Of a stretch of 64,000 nt of DNA, positions 17,538-25,259 are shown in pieces. The stretch spans positions 16,240 to 80,239 of the forward strand of contig DCBQ01000005.1 of NCBI GenBank assembly GCA_002313515.1, written 5' to 3'. Positions within the stretch are counted from its first letter, which is position 1. Each line of letters starts with the position of its first letter. The stretch comes from Candidatus Saccharibacteria bacterium UBA1103 (lineage in GTDB: Bacteria; Patescibacteriota; Saccharimonadia; Saccharimonadales; Saccharimonadaceae). The position numbers and the translations under genes were made by a program. The notes beneath the pieces were generated by a model. That model was not told where the DNA came from. It saw nothing but the letters and a program-made list of their open reading frames with translations, and searched no databases.

Positions 17538-18575
17538 GTGCCAGAACTGCCCGAAGTCGAAACGGTGCGACGGGGCCTGAATAAGTTTATTGTTGGCCGA
17601 ACGATTAGGGATATTACAGTACTAAATGAAAAGTCGTTTGACGCTAGCGCTAGCGATCGGGCGGCGTTAATTGGCGCCAGGGTTGTGGGCGTGCGACGGC
17701 GGGGTAAGCTGCTGATTATTGATCTCAATAACCCCACCGGCTCGGCTACGCCGACCCACCTCCCCCTGACAGGGGAGGACAAAAATTCTGAGCCCCGCCC
17801 TGATTCAATGAAGATGCAGGAGGCCGAGTACTTGACAGGCGAAGCTGAGTCCCGCCCCGCCAAGGGCGGGCAAGCAGGCGACTTAGTCGCCGCTGGGTGG
17901 GTTTCTCTGCTTTGCCATCTGAAAATGACTGGCCAAATGGTATATCGGGGTGAAGACAGCTGGGGCGCGGGACATCCGAACGAGTCCTTCGTGGGCGAGC
18001 TGCCGGACCGTTCCACCCGCGTAATCTTTACCTTCGATGACGGCTCCAAACTATTCTTCAATGACCAGCGTAAATTTGGCCGCATCCTGTTCTGGCCGAC
18101 TGATGACGTAAATAACTTTCCTTTCATTAAAAAGCTCGGCCCAGAGCCATTTAACGACGATGGCCTAACGGAATTTCTAAAGCGCGCTAAACGACACCAA
18201 AACGCCCCGATTAAGGCGGTAATCTTGGATCAGTCGGTGGTGGCAGGTATCGGCAATATCTACGCCGACGAGGCGCTGTGGCTAGCAAAAATCCACCCAG
18301 CTACCAGGGTAAAAGATTTATCCGACGCGCAATTGACTGCCATCTATCATGCGGCGGGGCAGGTGATGACTAAATCGATTGAATCAGGTGGTTCCTCAAT
18401 GAAAAATTACGTAAAGGCTGACGGCAGCCGGGGCGATTACCTGGATAACTTTGCCAAAGTTTTTAATCGGACCGGCCAACCTTGCGAACGCTGCGGCACG
18501 GAAATCGTCAAGACCCGCGTAGCTGGCCGCGGCACCCACATCTGCCCGCGGTGCCAGCAGGAGTATCGTCGTTAA
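17538..18575 (+). CDS. mutM: Formamidopyrimidine-DNA glycosylase with a ~60-aa in-frame repeat-derived insertion
   Basis: GTG start gives MPELPEVE. H2TH (..VVAGIGNIYADEALW..) and zinc finger CERCG...CPRCQ are present. An insertion at 17727-17906 separates RRGKLLIIDL from LLCHLKMTG. Confidence 0.85.
   Translation: MPELPEVETVRRGLNKFIVGRTIRDITVLNEKSFDASASDRAALIGARVVGVRRRGKLLIIDLNNPTGSATPTHLPLTGEDKNSEPRPDSMKMQEAEYLTGEAESRPAKGGQAGDLVAAGWVSLLCHLKMTGQMVYRGEDSWGAGHPNESFVGELPDRSTRVIFTFDDGSKLFFNDQRKFGRILFWPTDDVNNFPFIKKLGPEPFNDDGLTEFLKRAKRHQNAPIKAVILDQSVVAGIGNIYADEALWLAKIHPATRVKDLSDAQLTAIYHAAGQVMTKSIESGGSSMKNYVKADGSRGDYLDNFAKVFNRTGQPCERCGTEIVKTRVAGRGTHICPRCQQEYRR
17729..17903. repeat. Composite of two-hairpin palindromic elements inside the fpg coding frame
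   Basis: (-) copy 17729-17780 (AACCCCACC...CCTCCCC-CTGAC-AGGGGAGG), partial hairpin 17791-17805, and full (+) copy 17848-17903 (GTCCCGCCCC-GCCAA-GGGCGGGC...GCCGCTGGGTGGGTTT). Confidence 0.85.
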
Positions 18576-18579
18576 CGTG

Positions 18580-18607
18580 TTGACTTAAAGCAAAAGTTTG
18601 CTACAAT
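18580..18607 (+). promoter_or_regulatory. Strong sigma-70 promoter ~400 nt upstream of rnj
   Basis: TTGACT (18580-18585), 16 nt, TGcTACAAT (18599-18607). Confidence 0.6.
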
Positions 18608-18630
18608 AAGAACAGTTGAACGTAACCCAC

Positions 18631-18664
18631 GTAAAAATCACCCCGAGTGTCCGCTCGGGGTGAT
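18631..18664 (-). terminator. Rho-independent terminator (minus-strand polarity)
   Basis: 11-bp stem ATCACCCCGAG/CTCGGGGTGAT with a 6-nt loop. The T-run (TTTTTA) is present only on the minus strand. Confidence 0.65.
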
Positions 18665-18705
18665 TGTGGGCTTAGATCTTTGTGATCTGTGGGCTGATCC
18701 TAATG

Positions 18706-18774
18706 TTACATCGGGGTAACAGTAATGCGCACTCGCACTCTATTGAATACGAGAATGAACGTAACACGTCGCAT
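18706..18774 (-). CDS. Candidate 22-codon small ORF (MRRVTFILVFNRVRVRITVTPM)
   Basis: AAAGGAGG SD 4 nt upstream of the ATG, its own extended -10 promoter, a terminator downstream, and a flanking 12-13 bp inverted repeat. Below the ORF-track size cutoff. Confidence 0.3.
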   Translation of the reverse strand: MRRVTFILVFNRVRVRITVTPM

Positions 18775-18838
18775 CGCTCCTCCTTTCTGTATTATTAGGG
18801 ATCAGCGAGGCTCTAATTATTATCCTCGCCCAATATTA

Positions 18839-18867
18839 ATTATACCACTAGCGGAATGACAGCTGAA
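18839..18867 (-). promoter_or_regulatory. Candidate promoter for the small-ORF transcript
   Basis: Minus strand reads TTCAGC, 17 nt (including TGg), TATAAT. Confidence 0.45.
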
Positions 18868-19012
18868 TGCGGCCTCTTGCTCTAAACGACCATATATGCT
18901 AGTATATTAATACTTAAGCGATTGAACGCTCTCTCTGACTTAACCATTTTATTCAAGAAGCGAAATAAATCGACTAATATTCAGATAAATTTTTAGACGA
19001 AGGAGAATTTTT

Positions 19013-21337
19013 ATGGGGCAACAACGCACCAAAGAAATGCAGGCCGACGATGTATCCAAGCGGCCTGCGGTAGCTAGAACTACTAGACGTAAAACTGGCA
19101 ATACTATATTAGACGCTACACACACTCGGCGGGGTGAGGTAGAGCGCGCCAAGCGTCGCATCAGTGACAATGTAAATGCGCAAGCTTCCTTGCATCGCAT
19201 GGACGCACCAGTAAACCGCTCGATTTACAACGGTTATAACGGCGAGCAGTATACGCCATCGTTAGCACGTAAACATCGCCATAGTAAGAGTGAGCAAGGC
19301 GCCTTGAAGGTCATTCCGATCGGTGGCGTTGGTGAAATGGGCATTGGTAAGAACATGACAGCTATCGAATACGGTAACGAGATTATCGTAATCGATATGG
19401 GCTTTCTATTCCCAGGTGACGACTATCCGGGCATTAACTACATTGTGCCAGATATTACCTATCTAGAGAAAAATAAAGAGAAGGTAAAGGCGGTTATTAT
19501 TACCCATGGACACCTGGATCACATTGGTGCCTTCCATCACCTAATACCAAAGATTCCGGCGCCAGTTTACGCCACTAAATTTACTATTGGCATGCTGGCT
19601 AAGAATATGGAGGAAGAGGACACTGACTTCAAACCTGAGTTCCACGAGCTGAACCCAGAAAACCATGACCGGGTGCAGGTTAGTGAGCACTTTAGCGTCG
19701 AGCTGGTGCGCGTGAACCACTCTATCCCAGATGCAGCTGCAGTTGTTCTGCGTACGCCACTGGGTGTGATTATTAGCTCGGGCGACTGGCGCTTTGAGAA
19801 CGATCCGGTGGACGGCAAGAAGTTTGACTTGAATCGCATGAGCGAGATTGCGGCTAAGGAAGGCGTCTTATTGTTCATGAATGAGTCGACCAACTGTGAG
19901 GATGATGGCACGGTAACAGCCTATGGCGAAAAAGACATCAAGCAGAGCTTTGATACCATTATGGATCAGCATCCGAATAGCCGCATGATTATTTCCTGCT
20001 TTAGCTCGCAGGTGCACCGTATGCAGAATATTGTGATGAGTGCAGCGCAGCACGGGCGCAAGGTGGCTTTTGCTGGCTTCTCGATGGTGCAGAACGTGGA
20101 GATTGGCCTAAAGACCGGCATTCTGAATCTGCCAAAGGACACTGTGATGACCATGGAAGACGTGGTAAAACTACCGGATTCACAAGTTTGTATTGTTTGT
20201 ACGGGTTCGCAGGGCGAGTTTAATGCGGTTCTAAACCGCATGGCCTCGGGCGCGCACCGTTTTGTAAAGATCAAGAGTAGTGACATTATTGTCTTCTCAT
20301 CTAATCCAATTCCAGGTAACGAGAACCACGTAACTCATACGGTGGACGGCTTAATGCGTGAAGGTTCAGAGGTGCTACAGAACCGCAAGACTGCGCGTTA
20401 TGGTATCGGGCCACTGCACCTATCGGGCCACGGCAAGCGCGAGGATCATATCAAGCTAATTAACGCTCTGAATCCGACCTATTACCTACCGAATCACGGT
20501 GAGTTCCACATGCTGGTGCGTAATGCTGAGATTGCCGAGAACGATTGTGGCATCCCACGCGATCATATCTTTGTCTGTGACGCTGGCGACGTAGTAGAGT
20601 TCTACCCTGATGGTAGCGCCATGAAGACTGGTCGCGTGCCAGTAGGTGGTGTAATGTACGACGATAACGGTGAAGAGGTTAGTGAGGTAGTACTGAAAGA
20701 CCGCATCCATATGTCAACCGAGGGTATCTTTGTGGTGGTGCTGACAGTGCAGAAAGGCACGGGCAAGATTTTGACCAGCCCTGACATTGTGTCGCGCGGT
20801 TTCATTTACCTGCGCGATAGCGAAGAGCTGATTAATTCAATTCGTCAGTATCTACGCCAGAAGGTGGCTAAGGTATATAGCGGTAAGCGAATTGATATGG
20901 AGAGCTTTAAGCACGATTTGCGTGATGAGATTACGCAGATTTTGTACGATCAGACGCATCGCACGCCGATCGTCATCCCAGTGGTGAATGAGGTGAATGG
21001 CAGTGGTAAGGCTAGTGCCGAAGCGCGTCGTCGCGAGAAAGAGCAAGAGCGTCGCAAAGCCGAGTTTGAAGAGCAAGAGCTAGAGCGCATTCGCGGCGGT
21101 TCGAGTCGCCCCAGTCGGACGGCCAAAGTAACGCCACGGGTACATGTGCAGACGCATGCTATGCACTTTACGCCACGTCGTCATATTGGCCAGAACCAGA
21201 CCATCGTGCCACGGGCGCTAGCCGAGAAGCGCGAGGCGGGCAATATTGATACGACGCGTCGCCCAGCTGCCAAGCGTGTCATCTCCTTCAAGCGTACCCC
21301 CGATGGTCCCAACCCCATGAAGATGTGGAAGGAATAA
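19013..21337 (+). CDS. rnj: Ribonuclease J with basic N- and C-terminal extensions
   Basis: 774 aa. Beta-lactamase/beta-CASP core (..VIITHGHLDHIG.., ..PLHLSGHGKREDH..). Flanked by a ~95-aa basic N-terminal region and a ~130-aa R/K/E-rich C-terminal region. SD GAAGGAG. Confidence 0.85.
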   Translation: MGQQRTKEMQADDVSKRPAVARTTRRKTGNTILDATHTRRGEVERAKRRISDNVNAQASLHRMDAPVNRSIYNGYNGEQYTPSLARKHRHSKSEQGALKVIPIGGVGEMGIGKNMTAIEYGNEIIVIDMGFLFPGDDYPGINYIVPDITYLEKNKEKVKAVIITHGHLDHIGAFHHLIPKIPAPVYATKFTIGMLAKNMEEEDTDFKPEFHELNPENHDRVQVSEHFSVELVRVNHSIPDAAAVVLRTPLGVIISSGDWRFENDPVDGKKFDLNRMSEIAAKEGVLLFMNESTNCEDDGTVTAYGEKDIKQSFDTIMDQHPNSRMIISCFSSQVHRMQNIVMSAAQHGRKVAFAGFSMVQNVEIGLKTGILNLPKDTVMTMEDVVKLPDSQVCIVCTGSQGEFNAVLNRMASGAHRFVKIKSSDIIVFSSNPIPGNENHVTHTVDGLMREGSEVLQNRKTARYGIGPLHLSGHGKREDHIKLINALNPTYYLPNHGEFHMLVRNAEIAENDCGIPRDHIFVCDAGDVVEFYPDGSAMKTGRVPVGGVMYDDNGEEVSEVVLKDRIHMSTEGIFVVVLTVQKGTGKILTSPDIVSRGFIYLRDSEELINSIRQYLRQKVAKVYSGKRIDMESFKHDLRDEITQILYDQTHRTPIVIPVVNEVNGSGKASAEARRREKEQERRKAEFEEQELERIRGGSSRPSRTAKVTPRVHVQTHAMHFTPRRHIGQNQTIVPRALAEKREAGNIDTTRRPAAKRVISFKRTPDGPNPMKMWKE

Positions 21338-21342
21338 TAAGA

Positions 21343-21375
21343 AAATCGCCTCTATTGAGAGGCGATTTAATTTTA
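21343..21375 (+). terminator. Rho-independent terminator of rnj
   Basis: AAATCGCCTC-TATTGA-GAGGCGATTT followed by AATTTTA. Confidence 0.8.
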
Positions 21376-21405
21376 TGTACAACTAAGCAGCAAGGATCGC
21401 ATGGC

Positions 21406-21675
21406 TTAGCTAAGGTTAGGCATTGTATCCCATGTATATACGGCCGTGCCCAAGCTCGATATCCCCAGTAGTTTACATACTTTCTCTAGTTCCCATCCAG
21501 GAGCATCTGTGTTAGAAATAATCTGAATTAGCGCAGTCCTACTTAAGCTGGTTTTTAGCTGTGATTTCATATACCCTCCAACACTATCTATGATAGCTCT
21601 TGTCTTGTCGGCTGAATTCTCGGCTGCTTTATCTACGATGACCTTATAATATCCGTCTGTGTTCTCTTTGGACAT
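21406..21675 (-). CDS. Hypothetical small protein, paralog of 50478-50732
   Basis: Start moved to MSKENTDGYYK (AAGGAG SD upstream). Gapless ~30% identity to the 84-aa protein at 50478 (DGYYK.IVD...GGYM.S...L..IS.TD.P..EL). Confidence 0.55.
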   Translation of the reverse strand: MSKENTDGYYKVIVDKAAENSADKTRAIIDSVGGYMKSQLKTSLSRTALIQIISNTDAPGWELEKVCKLLGISSLGTAVYTWDTMPNLS

Positions 21676-21702
21676 TTTAGTACTCCTTGTCAATTTGTTA
21701 AA

Positions 21703-21729
21703 GAGTCCTTGTCGTATAGACAAGGACTC
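21703..21729 (-). terminator. Perfect 11-bp hairpin between two small ORFs (terminator/attenuator candidate)
   Basis: GAGTCCTTGTC-GTATA-GACAAGGACTC lies 6 nt after the stop of the 64-aa ORF. Followed on the minus strand by TTTAAC. Confidence 0.35.
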
Positions 21730-21734
21730 GCAGA

Positions 21735-21929
21735 TCACTTCTTTGAGTCGTAGTAGTCTTGGTGTACCGCATATCCTATTGCGATTGCACCCAGGCTGCT
21801 GCTGTGTGTAGCTGGTCCAATGGCTTTCCCTTGCGAGTTCATCGGCTGGGATGTCACGTGCAGACGTGAATCATTCTTGCTGGTGTGGGGAATGCTGATT
21901 TCGAGATGGTCGAATTCTTTGTTGACCAT
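21735..21929 (-). CDS. Hypothetical 64-aa protein
   Basis: ORF only. No clear SD and no recognisable domain. Confidence 0.3.
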   Translation of the reverse strand: MVNKEFDHLEISIPHTSKNDSRLHVTSQPMNSQGKAIGPATHSSSLGAIAIGYAVHQDYYDSKK

Positions 21930-22092
21930 AATAATCTCTTTGAGAAGTGTCGCTTAGCGACGAACACTAGCCGGAGGGCGCTAGCTCCCAGAATCTATTG
22001 CTAAATCCCGATAAGATTATATAACTAATAGTTTTTCTCTGCAAGGAGATATATCAGCTAATACACAATATTTGAAAAAACCGTAAGGATAT

Positions 22093-22098
22093 TATAAT
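22093..22098 (+). promoter_or_regulatory. -10 box TATAAT, 9 nt upstream of ftsK ATG
   Basis: TATAAT-ATAAGAAAT-ATG. No SD is present. Confidence 0.4.
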
Positions 22099-22107
22099 AT
22101 AAGAAAT

Positions 22108-24417
22108 ATGTCAGCTAAGAAGCGTGGTCCGGGTAGGCCACCAAAAAACAAAAAAGCTGCCGCAGCAAAGGCTAAGGCGGCCGCACCGTCGCACACTGTG
22201 CCGTCGGGATTTTGGGCGCAGGTTGGTGCTATCTTTGTTATTATTCTATCGGTGCTGATTCTAGTCGGGATGTCGGGCTGGGGCGGTGAAGTGCCAGCAG
22301 CCGTGGCGAAGTTTGTACGCTACGCTATGGGCTGGTTTGGCTATCTGTTCCCGTTACTGATGATCTACTTGGCGGTGCAGGCCTTTCGGGACGAGTCCAA
22401 GCGTCCTTCGCCTGTGGTTATTGTGACTGCAATCTTGTTTTGCATCATCTTAGCCGCTACCTTCCAGTTGATGCTGCCCGATCCAGCTAAAATGAGTCAG
22501 GCTGACCCAGTGGATGGAGGTGGCATGATTGGCTGGCTAGTGGCGGACTTTACTCTTGGCTTCGTTAACGTTCCCGTGGCTGCGGTTATCTATATCGTAA
22601 CCCTGCTAGTCCTTGCGATGTTTGTCTTCTCGGTATCGCCAAAAGCGGTGTTTGAAACATTGAAGAATATGTTTGGTACTGAGTCCGATACTAATGCTGA
22701 GGCTAATGCTGAGGTGGCGCGCAAGGTGGCTAAGGCTGATGAAGAGCCAAGGAAATCACCAGAGGTCAGCGGCTTGACCGATGAAGCAAGCGACGAGGAC
22801 AAGGGTAAGGCCCCACGCGGATTGGCACGCCTACGTCGCAAGAAGCCAGAGCCAGAAGAAGCGTCGGCTGTGGACAAGCCGAAGGAACCTGAGGCCAAGT
22901 TGTCGCACGCCGTAGATGTTAGCAAGACGGCTACAGTCGCGGCAACGCCTGTTACTGCTTCTGCGCCAGTAATCAACAATGCCAACTGGAAGTTCCCAGA
23001 TATTAAATTACTATCAAAGAAGCACGGTGATCCCGATCCGGGCGACTTTAAACGTAATATTCAGATTATCGAAGACACCCTACAGCAGTTTAATATTAGC
23101 GGCACGGTCGAGAAGGTTAATATTGGCCCGCGCGTGACGCAGTACTGCCTGCGGCCGCAGCGTGGTATTAAGCTGTCGCGCATTTCCGAATTGCAGGATA
23201 ATCTACTGGCCAATCTAAAGGCTACCAGCATCCGCATGGAGACCCCAATTCCGGGTCAGCCGTACGTGGGTATTGAGATTCCGAATAAGCGCTCGGCCTT
23301 CGTGGGTATTCGCCAGATTCTCGAGACTGAGGCCTGGCAGAAGTCAAAGGCGCCGCTGACCTTTGCGGTGGGTCTCAATGTGACAGGCAATCCAATCGTG
23401 ATGGACCTGGCGTCTCTGCCGCATCTATTGATTGCTGGTACTACTGGTTCGGGTAAGTCGGTGATGATGAATGCTATTATTGTGTCCCTACTATATCGCA
23501 ACACGCCAGATGATTTGAAATTCGTTCTAGTGGATCCAAAGGGTAATGAGATGGTGCAGTATAAGGATATGCCGCACTTACTAGCACCGATTGTGGGTGG
23601 TACAAGTAGCGAGGCGATGCACAAGTTAGCGAAGACTTTAATTTGGCTGGCCGACGAGATGGAGCGGCGTTATAAGCTGTTTGCGGAGCGGGGTGGCGTG
23701 AAGAAAATCAAGGACTTTAATAAGCGCTTTCCGGATGAGAAAATCCCGAATATTGTGCTGATTATTGATGAGTATACCGACCTGATTGATTCATTAAAGT
23801 CGACCGAACGTGAGACGGTGCAGACGGTAGTGCAGCGTATTGCCCAGAAAGGCCGGGCCGCTGGTATCCATGAAATCATCATGATGCAGGCGCCGCGGGC
23901 GAAGTATATTCAGGGTCCACTGAAGGCCAATGTGCCAGCTGGATTTGCCTTTGCTGTGCGTAGCAAGATGGAATCACAACAGATCATTAACGCCTCGGGC
24001 GCCGAAACCTTGATGGGCAAGGGCGACATGCTGATGGTGACTAACGAGATTAAGGAGCCGCGGCGCGTGCAGGCGGTTAATGTGGAGGACGAGGAAATCG
24101 ATCGCATTGTGGCGGATCTGCGTATACAGTCGCCAGCGCAGTACAGTGATGACTTGATGGCCAAGCTATCGGAAACGGCGTCGGCTAGTGGCATGTCGGG
24201 CGAGTTCAGTATGGGTGAAGACGAGGACTATAATCGCGCCGTACAGGTGGTGATTAACGAAGGTAAGGCTTCGACCTCGCTGTTGCAGCGCCGCATGCGC
24301 ATTGGTTACGGTAAAGCTTCGCGCATCATGGACGAACTGGAGGAGCACGGTGTCATTGGTCCATCCGACGGTAGTAAGGCGCGCCAGGTGCTGATCCAAT
24401 CGGCCGATGAGGCGTAG
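22108..24417 (+). CDS. ftsK: DNA translocase FtsK
   Basis: 769 aa. N-terminal TM helices, a charged linker, motor domain (Walker A ..IAGTTGSGKSV..) and a C-terminal gamma winged helix (..TSLLQRRMRIGYGKASRIMDELE..). Confidence 0.9.
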   Translation: MSAKKRGPGRPPKNKKAAAAKAKAAAPSHTVPSGFWAQVGAIFVIILSVLILVGMSGWGGEVPAAVAKFVRYAMGWFGYLFPLLMIYLAVQAFRDESKRPSPVVIVTAILFCIILAATFQLMLPDPAKMSQADPVDGGGMIGWLVADFTLGFVNVPVAAVIYIVTLLVLAMFVFSVSPKAVFETLKNMFGTESDTNAEANAEVARKVAKADEEPRKSPEVSGLTDEASDEDKGKAPRGLARLRRKKPEPEEASAVDKPKEPEAKLSHAVDVSKTATVAATPVTASAPVINNANWKFPDIKLLSKKHGDPDPGDFKRNIQIIEDTLQQFNISGTVEKVNIGPRVTQYCLRPQRGIKLSRISELQDNLLANLKATSIRMETPIPGQPYVGIEIPNKRSAFVGIRQILETEAWQKSKAPLTFAVGLNVTGNPIVMDLASLPHLLIAGTTGSGKSVMMNAIIVSLLYRNTPDDLKFVLVDPKGNEMVQYKDMPHLLAPIVGGTSSEAMHKLAKTLIWLADEMERRYKLFAERGGVKKIKDFNKRFPDEKIPNIVLIIDEYTDLIDSLKSTERETVQTVVQRIAQKGRAAGIHEIIMMQAPRAKYIQGPLKANVPAGFAFAVRSKMESQQIINASGAETLMGKGDMLMVTNEIKEPRRVQAVNVEDEEIDRIVADLRIQSPAQYSDDLMAKLSETASASGMSGEFSMGEDEDYNRAVQVVINEGKASTSLLQRRMRIGYGKASRIMDELEEHGVIGPSDGSKARQVLIQSADEA

Positions 24418-24511
24418 CAGGCTAGCCTTGATTTTATAGTTAAAACAGTAAATATTGACTATGCAACTATATTAACTATAAGCAATCAAGGCCGACTGGT
24501 TATTGCGTGTC

Positions 24512-25213
24512 TTATTGTAGCTTACTGACGCTATCGCGGTATGCTTTATAGTCTGTAGATAGCTCGTCTAAGCTAGATTGTTCGTTGAAATTATTGATAA
24601 TCTTGTTTAGCTCTTCGCGTGCGTTGATAATATTCTTGATTGCGCTGATGACTGACTTTTTATCCATATCGTCAATGGTCTCGGGTGGATCATTGACATA
24701 TGTTTGATACGCAGACTTGAGATCAGAGACAATTTGTTTACTCTTGCTACTATTAGCATGAATTTTTGATAATTCATCTAGCGATTTATTATAATCTGTG
24801 TATAGAACTGTAGCAGCCTGTATATCATAGGCATCCTTAACATCTTGTAACTTTGTCGTCCATTTTTCTAAGCTATTGAATTTATTGCTTACATCTTTTA
24901 TTGCTGAATCATTGCCAAATTTTTGTGTAGCTGCATCTATTAAATCGTTAGCTTTCGCCATTTTATCTAGTATATTATTTAGTGCGGTGCTTGATGTTTT
25001 TATACTGCCAGTTTTTTCAGCTTCTATGTATTCATCAAGCGGTACTTTGATACTCTTTATTTCTGATATGCTTTTCGCATAATCATCGCTTCTAATTTTA
25101 TTAAGTGTAGCTATTGTAAATAACGCTAAAATAGCAATTAGAACGGCTATTACTACTGCTACAATTATCTTGTTGCGGTGTTTACCGATAAACACTTTCC
25201 ATTGATTGATCAT
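24512..25213 (-). CDS. Membrane-anchored coiled-coil protein, AT-rich gene
   Basis: Start moved to MINQWKVFIGK (25213) because TGcTATCAT lies 7 nt upstream. One TM (IIVAVVIAVLIAILALFTIATL), then a helical K/D/S-rich domain. Confidence 0.5.
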   Translation of the reverse strand: MINQWKVFIGKHRNKIIVAVVIAVLIAILALFTIATLNKIRSDDYAKSISEIKSIKVPLDEYIEAEKTGSIKTSSTALNNILDKMAKANDLIDAATQKFGNDSAIKDVSNKFNSLEKWTTKLQDVKDAYDIQAATVLYTDYNKSLDELSKIHANSSKSKQIVSDLKSAYQTYVNDPPETIDDMDKKSVISAIKNIINAREELNKIINNFNEQSSLDELSTDYKAYRDSVSKLQ

Positions 25214-25220
25214 TGTGCTT

Positions 25221-25229
25221 ATGATAGCA
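25221..25229 (-). promoter_or_regulatory. Extended -10 box (TGcTATCAT), 7 nt upstream of ATG 25213; leaderless
   Basis: Minus strand reads TGCTATCAT-AAGCACA-ATG. Confidence 0.5.
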
Positions 25230-25259
25230 TAGTAAATATAAATATGCCAGGAGTGTGTG

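Noticed and set aside
17534-18127. 197-aa minus-strand ORF antisense to fpg.
   Set aside because: It is antisense to a well-supported fpg gene. It is kept open largely by the GC-rich repeat insert, and has no SD or promoter and an implausible Ser/Pro/Arg-rich composition.
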